Assembly (NCBI GenBank): GCA_963789005.1
Contig: CAWBIZ010000008.1
Span: 15,643-79,642 of the forward strand
DNA length: 64,000 nt
DNA from: an uncultured Solirubrobacteraceae bacterium
GTDB taxonomy: Bacteria; Actinomycetota; Thermoleophilia; Solirubrobacterales; Solirubrobacteraceae
Reading direction: 5' to 3'
The notes beneath the pieces were generated by a model, which saw only the letters and a list, made by a program, of their open reading frames with translations, did no database searches and was not told where the DNA came from. Below, one piece after another: positions 1 through 8,434 of this stretch (the stretch's first letter is position 1; every line of letters begins with the position of its first letter). The position numbers and the translations under genes were made by a program.

Positions 1-338
1 GCGATCCGGAGTTTCGCGACGAGTGGGAGCGCACCGCGCTCGCGCGTGCCGTCGCGCTCGCAGTCGTCCGGCATCGCACCGCGCGAGAGCTCTCGCAGAG
101 GGATCTGGCGAAGCTGCTTGGCATGGAGCAGCCCCAGGTCGCCAGGCTCGAGCGGGGTGACGTGAACCCGAGCATGGAAACCTTGATGCGACTCGCTAAC
201 GGCCTTGGCATCGAGTTCACGATCAACGTCCGGCCGGCGAAGGCCAAGGCCCGGCTGGTTACCAAGAAGGCCCAGACCCACAACGCCGTCGGGACGTTGA
301 GCACCGACGACGCTGAGATGCTCGTCGCCGCGCGCTAG
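1..338 (+). CDS. XRE-family helix-turn-helix DNA-binding protein, 5' end cut by the window edge
   Basis: The frame of ORF 123..338 stays open back to nt 3. The translation ...RELSQRDLAKLLGMEQPQVARLERGDVNPSMETLMRLANGLG... is the classic HTH_3/XRE pattern. Stop TAG at 336-338. Confidence 0.75.
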   Translation, partial: DPEFRDEWERTALARAVALAVVRHRTARELSQRDLAKLLGMEQPQVARLERGDVNPSMETLMRLANGLGIEFTINVRPAKAKARLVTKKAQTHNAVGTLSTDDAEMLVAAR

Positions 339-1348
339 GAGCGTTCGACCGGGCGGCTGCGCATGCGGCCGACAGTTTCCCGCTCGGCGCGCTTGCAGAC
401 GGCCGGCGGCAGGCCGCGGAGGATGAGCTCGAGGTCGGTGACCGCGAGCCGGCCGATCTCCAGGAACGCCTCGCGCATCCCGCCGGCGCGGTGGGGGGAG
501 AGGAGCATGCCGTCGAGCGCTCGGACGGGGTCGTCGGGTGCGACCGGCTCCTGCGGGAAGACGTCCGTCGCCGCGCGCAGCCGGCCGGCCGCGACCAGCT
601 CGACGAGCGCGTCGAAGTCCACGACCGCCGCCCGGCTCATGAGCAGCAGCACGCTCCCGGGCTGGATGCGCTCGAGCGCCGCGCGGTCGAGGAAGCCCTC
701 GCTCTCGGTCGTCACGGACGCGAAGACGAAGATGACGCGCGAGGTCGAGAGCACCTCTTCCAGCGGCGCCGCGAGCGCCCCCGCGCGGCGCACGACCAGC
801 TCGGGCAGCCATGGGTCGTACACCCTGACCGGGCACTCGAACGGCGCCAGCAGCCGGTGTAGCGCCCGGCCGAGGTCGCCGAAGCCGACGATGCCGACCG
901 GGCTGCCTGCGAGCAGGAACGCGTCGGCGTTGCTCTCGAGCCCGTAGCGCTCGCCTCCCGCCCGCATCGCGCGGTCGGCGCCCGATATCCCGCGGGCGAG
1001 GTCGAGCGCCATGCCGAGCGCCATCTCGGCCACCGGCAGAGCGAACGCCGGGCTGGCGTTGAGCACGTGGATGCCGCGGTCGAGCGCCGCCCCGTAGTCG
1101 ACGTTCGGCAGGAAGTTGCCCTCGACGTTGACGATCGCCCGGAGCGCGCGCGCCCGCTCGAGCCGCGCCGCCGGGAGCGCCGTCTGGCCGAGCACGGCCA
1201 CCGCGGAGGGGAGCCATTCGTCGACCAGCGCGTCGGGCATCGGGCCGTCCTCGTGGACCACGAGCTGCCCCAGCGCCTCGAGCCGGGCGCGCGTCGGCGC
1301 GTCGCAGATCATCTCCAGCGTCCGCGGGGACGGGTCGACGAGGATCAT
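335..1348 (-). CDS. D-isomer-specific 2-hydroxyacid dehydrogenase family, NAD-binding
   Basis: ORF 335..1393(-) has the Rossmann motif GIVGFGDLGRALHRLL and an overall D-2-hydroxyacid dehydrogenase layout. I moved the start to the ATG at 1348 (MILVDPSP...) because 1349-1419 is AT-rich and promoter-like. Confidence 0.85.
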   Translation of the reverse strand: MILVDPSPRTLEMICDAPTRARLEALGQLVVHEDGPMPDALVDEWLPSAVAVLGQTALPAARLERARALRAIVNVEGNFLPNVDYGAALDRGIHVLNASPAFALPVAEMALGMALDLARGISGADRAMRAGGERYGLESNADAFLLAGSPVGIVGFGDLGRALHRLLAPFECPVRVYDPWLPELVVRRAGALAAPLEEVLSTSRVIFVFASVTTESEGFLDRAALERIQPGSVLLLMSRAAVVDFDALVELVAAGRLRAATDVFPQEPVAPDDPVRALDGMLLSPHRAGGMREAFLEIGRLAVTDLELILRGLPPAVCKRAERETVGRMRSRPVERS

Positions 1349-1357
1349 CGCGGGATC

Positions 1358-1386
1358 TTGACAGACGAACAGTCTCGATATATCGT
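1358..1386 (+). promoter_or_regulatory. Candidate padR promoter/operator
   Basis: TTGACA at 1358-1363 is followed 15-17 nt later by TATATC/TATCGT. A perfect 10-bp palindrome CGATATATCG lies at 1376-1385. This is the only AT-rich patch between the divergent dehydrogenase and padR genes. Confidence 0.35.
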
Positions 1387-1419
1387 TATGCATCGTCGAT
1401 ACACCGAGAAGGGCACCTC

Positions 1420-2034
1420 ATGTACGCCAACACCGCACGCTTCGACCCCAAGATGCTCGGCCTGCTCCTGATGGGCGGCCGCCATCACCACCGCGGCCGT
1501 CACCACGGCCCGCGCGGCTTCTGGCCGGGCGGCCCGATGGGCTTCGGCGGCCCGCCCGGCCGCGGCCCGCGCCGCCGCCGCGGCGACGTCCGCGCCGCCC
1601 TGCTCGCCCTGCTGGCCGAGGAGCCGCGCAACGGCTACCAGCTGATGCAGGAGATCGAGAACCGCAGCGAGGGCGTCTGGCGCCCCAGCCCCGGCTCGGT
1701 CTACCCCGCGCTCCAGCAGCTCGAGGACGAGGGCCTGATCCGCTCCGAGGAGGCCGACGGCCGCAAGGTCTTCGGCCTCACCGACGCCGGCCGCGAGGCC
1801 GCCGAGGAGGCCACGGCCGCGGGCCCGCCGTGGGAGGCCGCCAGCGAGGCCGTCGACTCCGACGTCTGGGAGATGTTCGGCGTCGCGCGCCAGGTCGGCA
1901 TGGCGATCTTCCAGATCGCCCAGGCCGGCAGCCCGACCCAGCTCGCCGAGGCCCGCGAGATCCTCACCAACGCCCGCCGCTCGCTCTACGGCGTCCTCGC
2001 CGAGGACGAGCAGCCCCCGACCGACCAGGTCTAG
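1420..2034 (+). CDS. PadR-family transcriptional regulator
   Basis: NGYQLMQEIENRSEGVWRPSPGSVYPALQQLEDEGLIRSEE is the PadR winged-helix signature. GAGAAGGG lies upstream of ATG 1420. Confidence 0.85.
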   Translation: MYANTARFDPKMLGLLLMGGRHHHRGRHHGPRGFWPGGPMGFGGPPGRGPRRRRGDVRAALLALLAEEPRNGYQLMQEIENRSEGVWRPSPGSVYPALQQLEDEGLIRSEEADGRKVFGLTDAGREAAEEATAAGPPWEAASEAVDSDVWEMFGVARQVGMAIFQIAQAGSPTQLAEAREILTNARRSLYGVLAEDEQPPTDQV

Positions 2035-2109
2035 GACCGGCGGTCGAACGCATACGGACCGCGGTGAGGAACCCCTTGCCGCGGTCCGCCTGCCACGCTT
2101 CAGGGCGCC

Positions 2110-4743
2110 GTGACGATCGCCGACGCCCCCGCGCCCGCCGCCGCCCTCGATCGCGATACGCAGCTGCTCTCCGAGCTGCTCGAGGAGACGATCGCCCGCC
2201 AGGGCGGCGAGAGCCTGCGCGCCGGCGTCGTGCGCCTGCGCCGTGCCGCGGCCCGGGCGCGCGCCGGCGAGGACGGCGCCGAGGCGGCGGCGCTGGTGGA
2301 GGAGATCCTCGCGGGCGACTCGCTCGACGTCATCCGCGCCTGCTCGATGGAGCTGCACCTGGCCAACCTCGCCGAGACGCGCGAGCGCGTGCGCCGGCGC
2401 CGCGGCTACCTGCGCGAGGCCGGACCGCCGCAGCGCGAGTCGCTCGCCGAGGCCGCCGCGCAGCTCGCCGCCCGCCCCTCGAAGGCCGCCGCCCGCGCGC
2501 TCGACGACCTGCGGCTGGAGCTCACCTTCACCGCCCACCCCACGGAGGCGACCCGCTGGTCGGTCATGAACCACGCCAGCGACGTGAGCGAGCACCTCGC
2601 CCGGCTCGACGACGAGCGGCTCGGCCCCGCCGCCAAGGAGCGCGTCGTCGACCACATCCGCGAGTCGCTCGCCCTCTGGTGGCAGACCGCCGAGGTGCGG
2701 CGGGAGCGCCCCCAGGTCGACGACGAGGTGCGGCGCAACCTGCACTACATCGACCGCGTGCTGTTCGACGCCGTGCCCGAGCTGGTGCGCGAGCTGGAGC
2801 GCTGCTTCGGCCCGCAGCCGCTCGACGCGGCGCCGCTGCGCTTCTCGAGCTGGGCCGGCGGGGACATGGACGGCCACCCGGGCGTCACGGCCGTCACGTT
2901 CACCGCGACCGTCGACCTGCACCGGCGCGTCGCCGCGCGGCTGCTGCGCGAGCGCGTCGAGCGGCTCGGCTCGCGCTACTCCCAGAGCGACGCCGAGATG
3001 GGCTCCGGTCGCACGGCGCTCGACGCCAGCCTGCGCCGCGACGGCGCGCTGATGCCCGAGGTCACGCGCCGGCTGGGGGAGCGGCGCCGCCACGAGCCGG
3101 TCCGCGCCAAGCTCAACTACATCTCCGAGCGGCTGCAGGTCACCGGCGACGATCCGGCCAGTCCGCTCGCGTACAGCGACCCCGAGCAGCTGCGGCGCGA
3201 CCTCGAGCTCGTCCGCGACGCCGCGGGCGCCGGCCCGGTGGCCGACGGCGCGGTCAAGGACGTGCTGCGCCAGGTGAGCGCGTTCGGGCTGCAGCTCGCG
3301 CGGCTCGACGTGCGGCTCGCGGCCGACGCCGTCAACGAGTCGGTGCATCGCGACCTGCCGGAGCTCGACGGCGCCGGCGAGGAAGAGCGGCGCCGGATCC
3401 TCGGCGCGCGGCTCGCCGGCGTCGCCCCCGATCGCTTCGGCCCGATCTGCCCGCCGACCGAGGCGCTGCACGCGGTCAGCACGGCGGCCCGGCGCTACGG
3501 CAGCGGCGCGACCGACACGCTCGTCATCTCGATGGTGCACGAGGTCTCCGACGTGCTCGGCGCGCTGTGGCTGGCGCGCCGTGCCGGGCTGGCCGGCCCC
3601 GGCGAGCCGATGCTCCACCTCACGCCGCTGTTCGAGACCTTGGACGCGCTCGAGCGCGCCCCCGAGACGATGGCCGCGCTCTACGGCGACCCCGGCTACC
3701 GCGAGCACCTGGGCCGCCACGGCGACCGCCAGGAGATCATGCTCGGCTACTCGGACTCGGCGAAGGACGCCGGCTTCCTCACCAGCCAGTGGGCGATCTA
3801 CCGCGCCCAGGAGCGCCTCCTGGCCCAGGGGCCCGAGCACGGCGTCCAGGTCACGTTCTTCCACGGCCGCGGCGGGTCGCCCTCGCGCGGCGGCGGCCCC
3901 GCCCACCAGGCGATGCTCGCGCTGCCGCCCGGCACGGTCGAGGCCGGCGTGCGGATCACCGAGCAGGGCGAGGTCATCTCCGCCAAGTACGCCGACCCCG
4001 GGCTGGCCGGCCGCTCGCTCGAGCAGCAGGTGTCGGCGCTGCTCCTGCATCGCGCGGCACCGCCGTCACCCGTGCCGGACGCCTTCCGCGCCGAGGTCGA
4101 CCGGCTGGCCGCCCACTCGCGCGACGTCTACCGCGGCCTGGTCGACGACGAGGCGTTCGTGCGCTTCTTCCGCCAGGTGTCGCCGGTCGACGAGCTGGGG
4201 GAGCTGACGATCGGCTCGCGGCCCGCGTCGCGACGCGCCGGCGGGAGCCTGGCCGACCTGCGCGCGATCCCGTGGGTGTTCGCGTGGACGCAGAACCGCA
4301 TCCTGCTGCCCTCGTGGTACGGGGCCGGCACGGCGCTCGAGGCCGGCGACCTCGAGGCCCAGCAGGACATGTGGCGCTCGTGGCCGTTCTTCCGCATGGC
4401 GTGCTCGACGCTCGAGATGGCGCTCTTCAAGGTCGACCTCTCGGTCGGGCGGCGTTACCTGGCGCTGGTGGAGGATTCGCTGGCCGAGCAGTTCTGGCCG
4501 GAGATCGAGGCCGAGCACGCGCGGGTGGTGGCGCGCCTGCTGGCGATCCGCGACGCCGAGGGCCTGCTCGACGCCACGCCGGCGCTGCGCGACCGCCTCT
4601 CGCACCGCAACCGCTGGGTCGATCCATTGTCACACCTGCAGGTCGCGCTGCTTGCTCGCTCGCGGGCCGGCGACAGCACCGTCGCCGACGCGTTGATGGC
4701 CACGATCACGGGCATCGCAGCGGGCTTGAGAAATACCGGCTGA
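2110..4743 (+). CDS. ppc: Phosphoenolpyruvate carboxylase
   Basis: Motifs TFTAHPTEATR, GYSDSAKDAGFLTSQW, FHGRGGSPSRGGGP and AIPWVFAWTQNR, with a C-terminal ...RNTG. 877 aa, GTG start. Confidence 0.95.
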   Translation: MTIADAPAPAAALDRDTQLLSELLEETIARQGGESLRAGVVRLRRAAARARAGEDGAEAAALVEEILAGDSLDVIRACSMELHLANLAETRERVRRRRGYLREAGPPQRESLAEAAAQLAARPSKAAARALDDLRLELTFTAHPTEATRWSVMNHASDVSEHLARLDDERLGPAAKERVVDHIRESLALWWQTAEVRRERPQVDDEVRRNLHYIDRVLFDAVPELVRELERCFGPQPLDAAPLRFSSWAGGDMDGHPGVTAVTFTATVDLHRRVAARLLRERVERLGSRYSQSDAEMGSGRTALDASLRRDGALMPEVTRRLGERRRHEPVRAKLNYISERLQVTGDDPASPLAYSDPEQLRRDLELVRDAAGAGPVADGAVKDVLRQVSAFGLQLARLDVRLAADAVNESVHRDLPELDGAGEEERRRILGARLAGVAPDRFGPICPPTEALHAVSTAARRYGSGATDTLVISMVHEVSDVLGALWLARRAGLAGPGEPMLHLTPLFETLDALERAPETMAALYGDPGYREHLGRHGDRQEIMLGYSDSAKDAGFLTSQWAIYRAQERLLAQGPEHGVQVTFFHGRGGSPSRGGGPAHQAMLALPPGTVEAGVRITEQGEVISAKYADPGLAGRSLEQQVSALLLHRAAPPSPVPDAFRAEVDRLAAHSRDVYRGLVDDEAFVRFFRQVSPVDELGELTIGSRPASRRAGGSLADLRAIPWVFAWTQNRILLPSWYGAGTALEAGDLEAQQDMWRSWPFFRMACSTLEMALFKVDLSVGRRYLALVEDSLAEQFWPEIEAEHARVVARLLAIRDAEGLLDATPALRDRLSHRNRWVDPLSHLQVALLARSRAGDSTVADALMATITGIAAGLRNTG

Positions 4744-5154
4744 GCAGGGATTTCGTGGGTGGGGTGCGGTTCTCCGCACCGGGTCGGTGGATGGCCGCAC
4801 TCGGGTGGTGGCAGACCGCACACGCAGACGCAGGCCAGCGCGATATCGACGGGACCGGCGGAGTGCGAGATTGCTTCCCATGAGCCCCACCGACATCTCC
4901 ATCGTCCACGCCGCGGCCGTCCACAGCGTCCGCGTCACCAAGCGCGGCGGACGCCGCAGCTAGGAGCCTCCCGTGACCGTCACCGTCACACCCCGCCCGC
5001 CCGCCGCCTCCGCCTCGCACGCGTACACGCTCCCCACGGTGCGCGAGCTCCCGCCGGTCTCGCGTCCGGGCACCTTCGACTCGATCTGGTGACCGGCGCG
5101 CCGGCCTCGCCCCCCGCGCCGGCGCCCGAGATCGAAGCATCCTCCCCTCGCCAG

Positions 5155-5180
5155 ACGCCCGCCTCACCGGCGGGCGTTTG
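5155..5180 (+). terminator. Rho-independent-like terminator between convergent ppc-side transcript and ogt
   Basis: 9-bp GC stem ACGCCCGCC (5155-5163) pairs with GGCGGGCGT (5169-5177) around a 5-nt loop, followed by TTTG. Confidence 0.6.
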
Positions 5181-5183
5181 ACG

Positions 5184-5663
5184 TTAAACCGCGAGTCGCT
5201 GACCGGCTGCCACGGCCTCGTGCTCGAGCAGCCAGCGCTTGCGCTCGAGGCCGCCGCCGTAGCCGACGAGCGAGCCGTCGGCGCCGATCACGCGATGGCA
5301 GGGGATGACGATCGAGATCGGGTTGCGGCCGTTGGCGAGGCCGACGGCGCGCACGAGCTTGGGATCGCCGAGCCGGTGCGCGAGCTCCGAGTAGGAGATC
5401 GTCTCGCCGTAGGGGATCTGGGTCAGCTCGGCCCAGACGCGCTGCTGGAACGGCGTGCCGTGAGGATCGAGGTCGAGCTCGAAGCTCTCGAGCTCGCCCG
5501 CGAAGTAGGCGTCGAGCTGCTCGCGCACCGCGTCGAACGGGCCGCCGGCGGTGGGCGCCGCGGTCTCGTCGTGGCGCAGGTAGAGGTCGGTGAGCCGGCC
5601 GTCGCCTGAGGCGCGCAGCAGGATGTCGCCGACCGGGCTGGGATGAAGGGTGGAAAAGGTCAC
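5184..5663 (-). CDS. ogt: Methylated-DNA--protein-cysteine methyltransferase
   Basis: Active-site motif IPCHRVIG, followed by GYGGGLERKRWLLEHE. Confidence 0.9.
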   Translation of the reverse strand: MTFSTLHPSPVGDILLRASGDGRLTDLYLRHDETAAPTAGGPFDAVREQLDAYFAGELESFELDLDPHGTPFQQRVWAELTQIPYGETISYSELAHRLGDPKLVRAVGLANGRNPISIVIPCHRVIGADGSLVGYGGGLERKRWLLEHEAVAAGQRLAV

Positions 5664-5700
5664 GCCGGGTGCAACGTCGCAGGCGCGGCGGACGTGAGCG

Positions 5701-6672
5701 TCAGACCTTGAGCGACATCCACAGCGGCCGGTGGTCGCTCAGGTAGTACTGCAGCCACTCGAAGAAGCGCCTCCGGTCGTCTTCGCTCCCCGCGCCCCAC
5801 AGGTCGCGGAAGACCGCGCCGTCGAAGTCGAAGATCCCGACCTGCTCGATCGCGTCCTTGATCGGGCCGGGGAAGATCGCCATCTGGTCGTAGTCGGCGT
5901 CGTCGCGCACGTTCGTCCCGCCGACCTTGGTCGCGTGCTCGGGCAGGATCAGCCCGCGGCGCACGAGCGCGTTGTACACGCGGTCTCCGGGCCGGCGCTT
6001 CGGGAGGTTGAAGTCGCCGAGCGCGACCACGTCCTTCGCGAACGCGTACTTGGAGCCGCGGCGCAGGTCCGCCCAGCGGGCCACGGCGTACGCCTCGAGC
6101 ACGCGGCGGTCCATGCCGGCGCGCCCGTCGGCGCCGAAGTACAGGTGGGCGTTGGCGAACGTCAGCCGCTGCCCGCGCACCTCGAAGGTGGTGATGAAGG
6201 GGTTGCGGTCGAAGCCGGTGAATCCCGACGTGACGTCGGCCATCCGCACGTCCCCGAGATCGGCGGCCGCGACTGTGAGCTCGCCGACCTCCTCGAGCGG
6301 CTTGAACTTCGTCGAGTCGAACAGGAACGCGAAGCGCTCCCGGTTGCCGCCCGCGTCGTTGAACAGCACGCGGTACTTCTTCGGCAGCAGGGCCTGCACG
6401 GCGCGCAGCCCGGTGAGGTCGTCGTTGACCTCCTGGATCGCCACGAAGTCGAACCAGCCCACGATCTCCGCGAGCAGGCGATGGTCGTCGTCCCCGCGCT
6501 CCTGCGCGCCGAGGTTGGCGATGTTCCAGGTGGCGATCAGGATCCGCCCGGCCGCCTTGCGCGGAATCGCCCGGTCCTTCTTGTCCGGCAGCGAGCTGTA
6601 GCCCCGGAGCGCCTTCAGCTCCTCGTCGACGTCCCAGTCGAAGGGGAAGTCCGGCTTCTTGAACTCCGCCAC
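5701..6672 (-). CDS. Endonuclease/exonuclease/phosphatase (EEP) family protein
   Basis: N-terminal IATWNIANLG and C-terminal SDHRPLWMSLKV are the typical EEP catalytic motifs. Confidence 0.85.
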   Translation of the reverse strand: MAEFKKPDFPFDWDVDEELKALRGYSSLPDKKDRAIPRKAAGRILIATWNIANLGAQERGDDDHRLLAEIVGWFDFVAIQEVNDDLTGLRAVQALLPKKYRVLFNDAGGNRERFAFLFDSTKFKPLEEVGELTVAAADLGDVRMADVTSGFTGFDRNPFITTFEVRGQRLTFANAHLYFGADGRAGMDRRVLEAYAVARWADLRRGSKYAFAKDVVALGDFNLPKRRPGDRVYNALVRRGLILPEHATKVGGTNVRDDADYDQMAIFPGPIKDAIEQVGIFDFDGAVFRDLWGAGSEDDRRRFFEWLQYYLSDHRPLWMSLKV

Positions 6673-6717
6673 TGGTCCACCCTACGCGCTGTCGCCGACC
6701 TCGGCGGATCCGCACGA

Positions 6718-8178
6718 TCACCGTCCGTAGGGGTACCACCAGTCCTTGACCTCGAGCTTGGTCTCGATGTGGACGTGCTTGGTCTCCTGGAAGGCGTCGA
6801 GGCCCTCCTGGCCGAGCTCGCGGCCGGAGCCGGAGCGCTTCATGCCGCCGAACGGGCCGGCGTCGTTGTCGGTCAGCGGGTCGTTGATCCAGACGGTGCC
6901 GGCGCGCAGCTCGCGCGCGCAGCGGATCGCGGTCTCGAGCTCGCGCGTGTAGACGTTGGCGCCGAGGCCGTAGGGCGAGGCGTTGGCCAGCTCGATCGCC
7001 TCGTCGAGGCCGCTCACCGGGACGATCGGCGCGACCGGGCCGAAGGTCTCCTCGCGCAGGAGGTCGGTCTCCGCGGGCGCGCCGGTGACCACGGTGGGGG
7101 CGAAGAAGTGGCCGCGGTCGTGGCCCGCGCCGTCGCCGCCGACGACCACCTGCGCTCCGGCCGCGACGGCGCCCTCGACCTGGGCGCGGACCTTGTCGCG
7201 CTGGGCGGCGCTGACCATCGGGCCGACGTCGGTCTTGGGATCCATCGGGTCGCCGACGGTGAGCGTGCGCGTATGGGTGACGAACGCGTCGAGGAAGTCG
7301 TCGTAGACCTCGCGCTGGACGTAGAAGCGCTCGGCCGACGTGCACACCTGGCCGGCGTTGAGGAACGCGGCCCAGGCGCCGCCGCGAGCGGCGATCTCGA
7401 TCTCGGCCGCCACGTCGGCGCAGACGATGAACGGGTCCTTGCCGCCGAGCTCGAGGTTGACGCGCGCGACCCGGCGCGCCGCGCGCTCGGCGATCCGGAT
7501 GCCGGTGGCGACGCTGCCGGTGAACGCGATCCCGTCCACGCGCTCGTCGTCGACCAGCTTCTCGCCGACGTCGCCGCCGCCGGCCAGCAGCGCGACCAGC
7601 CCGGCCGGCAGGTGGTCGACGCACGGGGCCAGCGCGAGGGTGGAGAGGGGCGTCAGCTCCGACGGCTTGCAGAGCGCGGCGTTGCCGGCGGCGAGCACCG
7701 GCGCCAGCTTCCAGGCCAGCAGGAGCAGCGGGTAGTTCCACGGGACGATGCAGGTGACGAGCCCGAGCGGCTCCTTGAGCACGAGCGCGAGCTGGGAGGA
7801 CTCGACGGGCGGGATCACGCGGCCCTCGGCGGTGCGGGCGAGCTCGGCGTAGAAGTCGAACGCGCTCGCCGTCCAGCCGACCTCGTCGCGGTTCTCCACG
7901 AGTGGCTTGCCGCCCTCGCGGGTCATCAGCTCGGCCAGCTCGTCGGTGCGGGCGCGCATCCGCGCGGCGACCTCGTGCAGCGCCTCGGCGCGCTCGGCGG
8001 CGGGCGTGGCGGCCCACTCGCGCTGCGCCCGCCCGGCGCCCTCGATCGCGGCGTCGAGCTGGGCACCATCGGGCGTCCCGACCTCGGCCACGCGCTCCTC
8101 GCGGAACGGGTCCTCCACGGCGAGCGCCGGCCCGTCCCCGGCCACCAGCTCGCCGCCGATCAGCAGTCGCGTCTCCAT
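6718..8178 (-). CDS. NAD(P)-dependent aldehyde dehydrogenase
   Basis: Motifs FTGS, ELGGKDP and the catalytic-Cys motif GQVCTSAERFYV. 486 aa. Confidence 0.9.
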   Translation of the reverse strand: METRLLIGGELVAGDGPALAVEDPFREERVAEVGTPDGAQLDAAIEGAGRAQREWAATPAAERAEALHEVAARMRARTDELAELMTREGGKPLVENRDEVGWTASAFDFYAELARTAEGRVIPPVESSQLALVLKEPLGLVTCIVPWNYPLLLLAWKLAPVLAAGNAALCKPSELTPLSTLALAPCVDHLPAGLVALLAGGGDVGEKLVDDERVDGIAFTGSVATGIRIAERAARRVARVNLELGGKDPFIVCADVAAEIEIAARGGAWAAFLNAGQVCTSAERFYVQREVYDDFLDAFVTHTRTLTVGDPMDPKTDVGPMVSAAQRDKVRAQVEGAVAAGAQVVVGGDGAGHDRGHFFAPTVVTGAPAETDLLREETFGPVAPIVPVSGLDEAIELANASPYGLGANVYTRELETAIRCARELRAGTVWINDPLTDNDAGPFGGMKRSGSGRELGQEGLDAFQETKHVHIETKLEVKDWWYPYGR

Positions 8179-8434
8179 CGGCCCAATCTAAAGGGGTCTG
8201 ACTCCTTTAGGGTCGTCCGGCGCGAGGCCGATCTGCTCGAGATGAACGAGCCCCAAGCCGAGGACGAGCTGCGGTCCGGTAGCGGGCGGCGGCGGCCGGT
8301 CGGTCCGACCGCCCGTCCCCGACGGCGCGCTTGTGCCCCGCGTCTCGCGGGCGTAGGGTCGCCTCAAATAGAGAGCGTCGTGCATCGCACGCTCACCCAG
8401 GGCGCAACGCGCCCGCATCGGAGGTCTCCACCAC

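Noticed and set aside
1-338. A toxin-antitoxin module based on the XRE/HigA-like fragment.
   Set aside because: Any partner gene would lie outside the window, and the downstream gene is a convergent dehydrogenase. It cannot be supported from this sequence.
1345-4883. Very long ORFs overlapping ppc: 1345..4050(-) of 901 aa and 1830..4883(+) of 1017 aa.
   Set aside because: The sequence is Arg/Ala/Gly/Pro-rich low-complexity with no motifs. They lie antisense or out of frame to an unmistakable ppc, which is the typical stop-codon-poor artefact of very GC-rich DNA.
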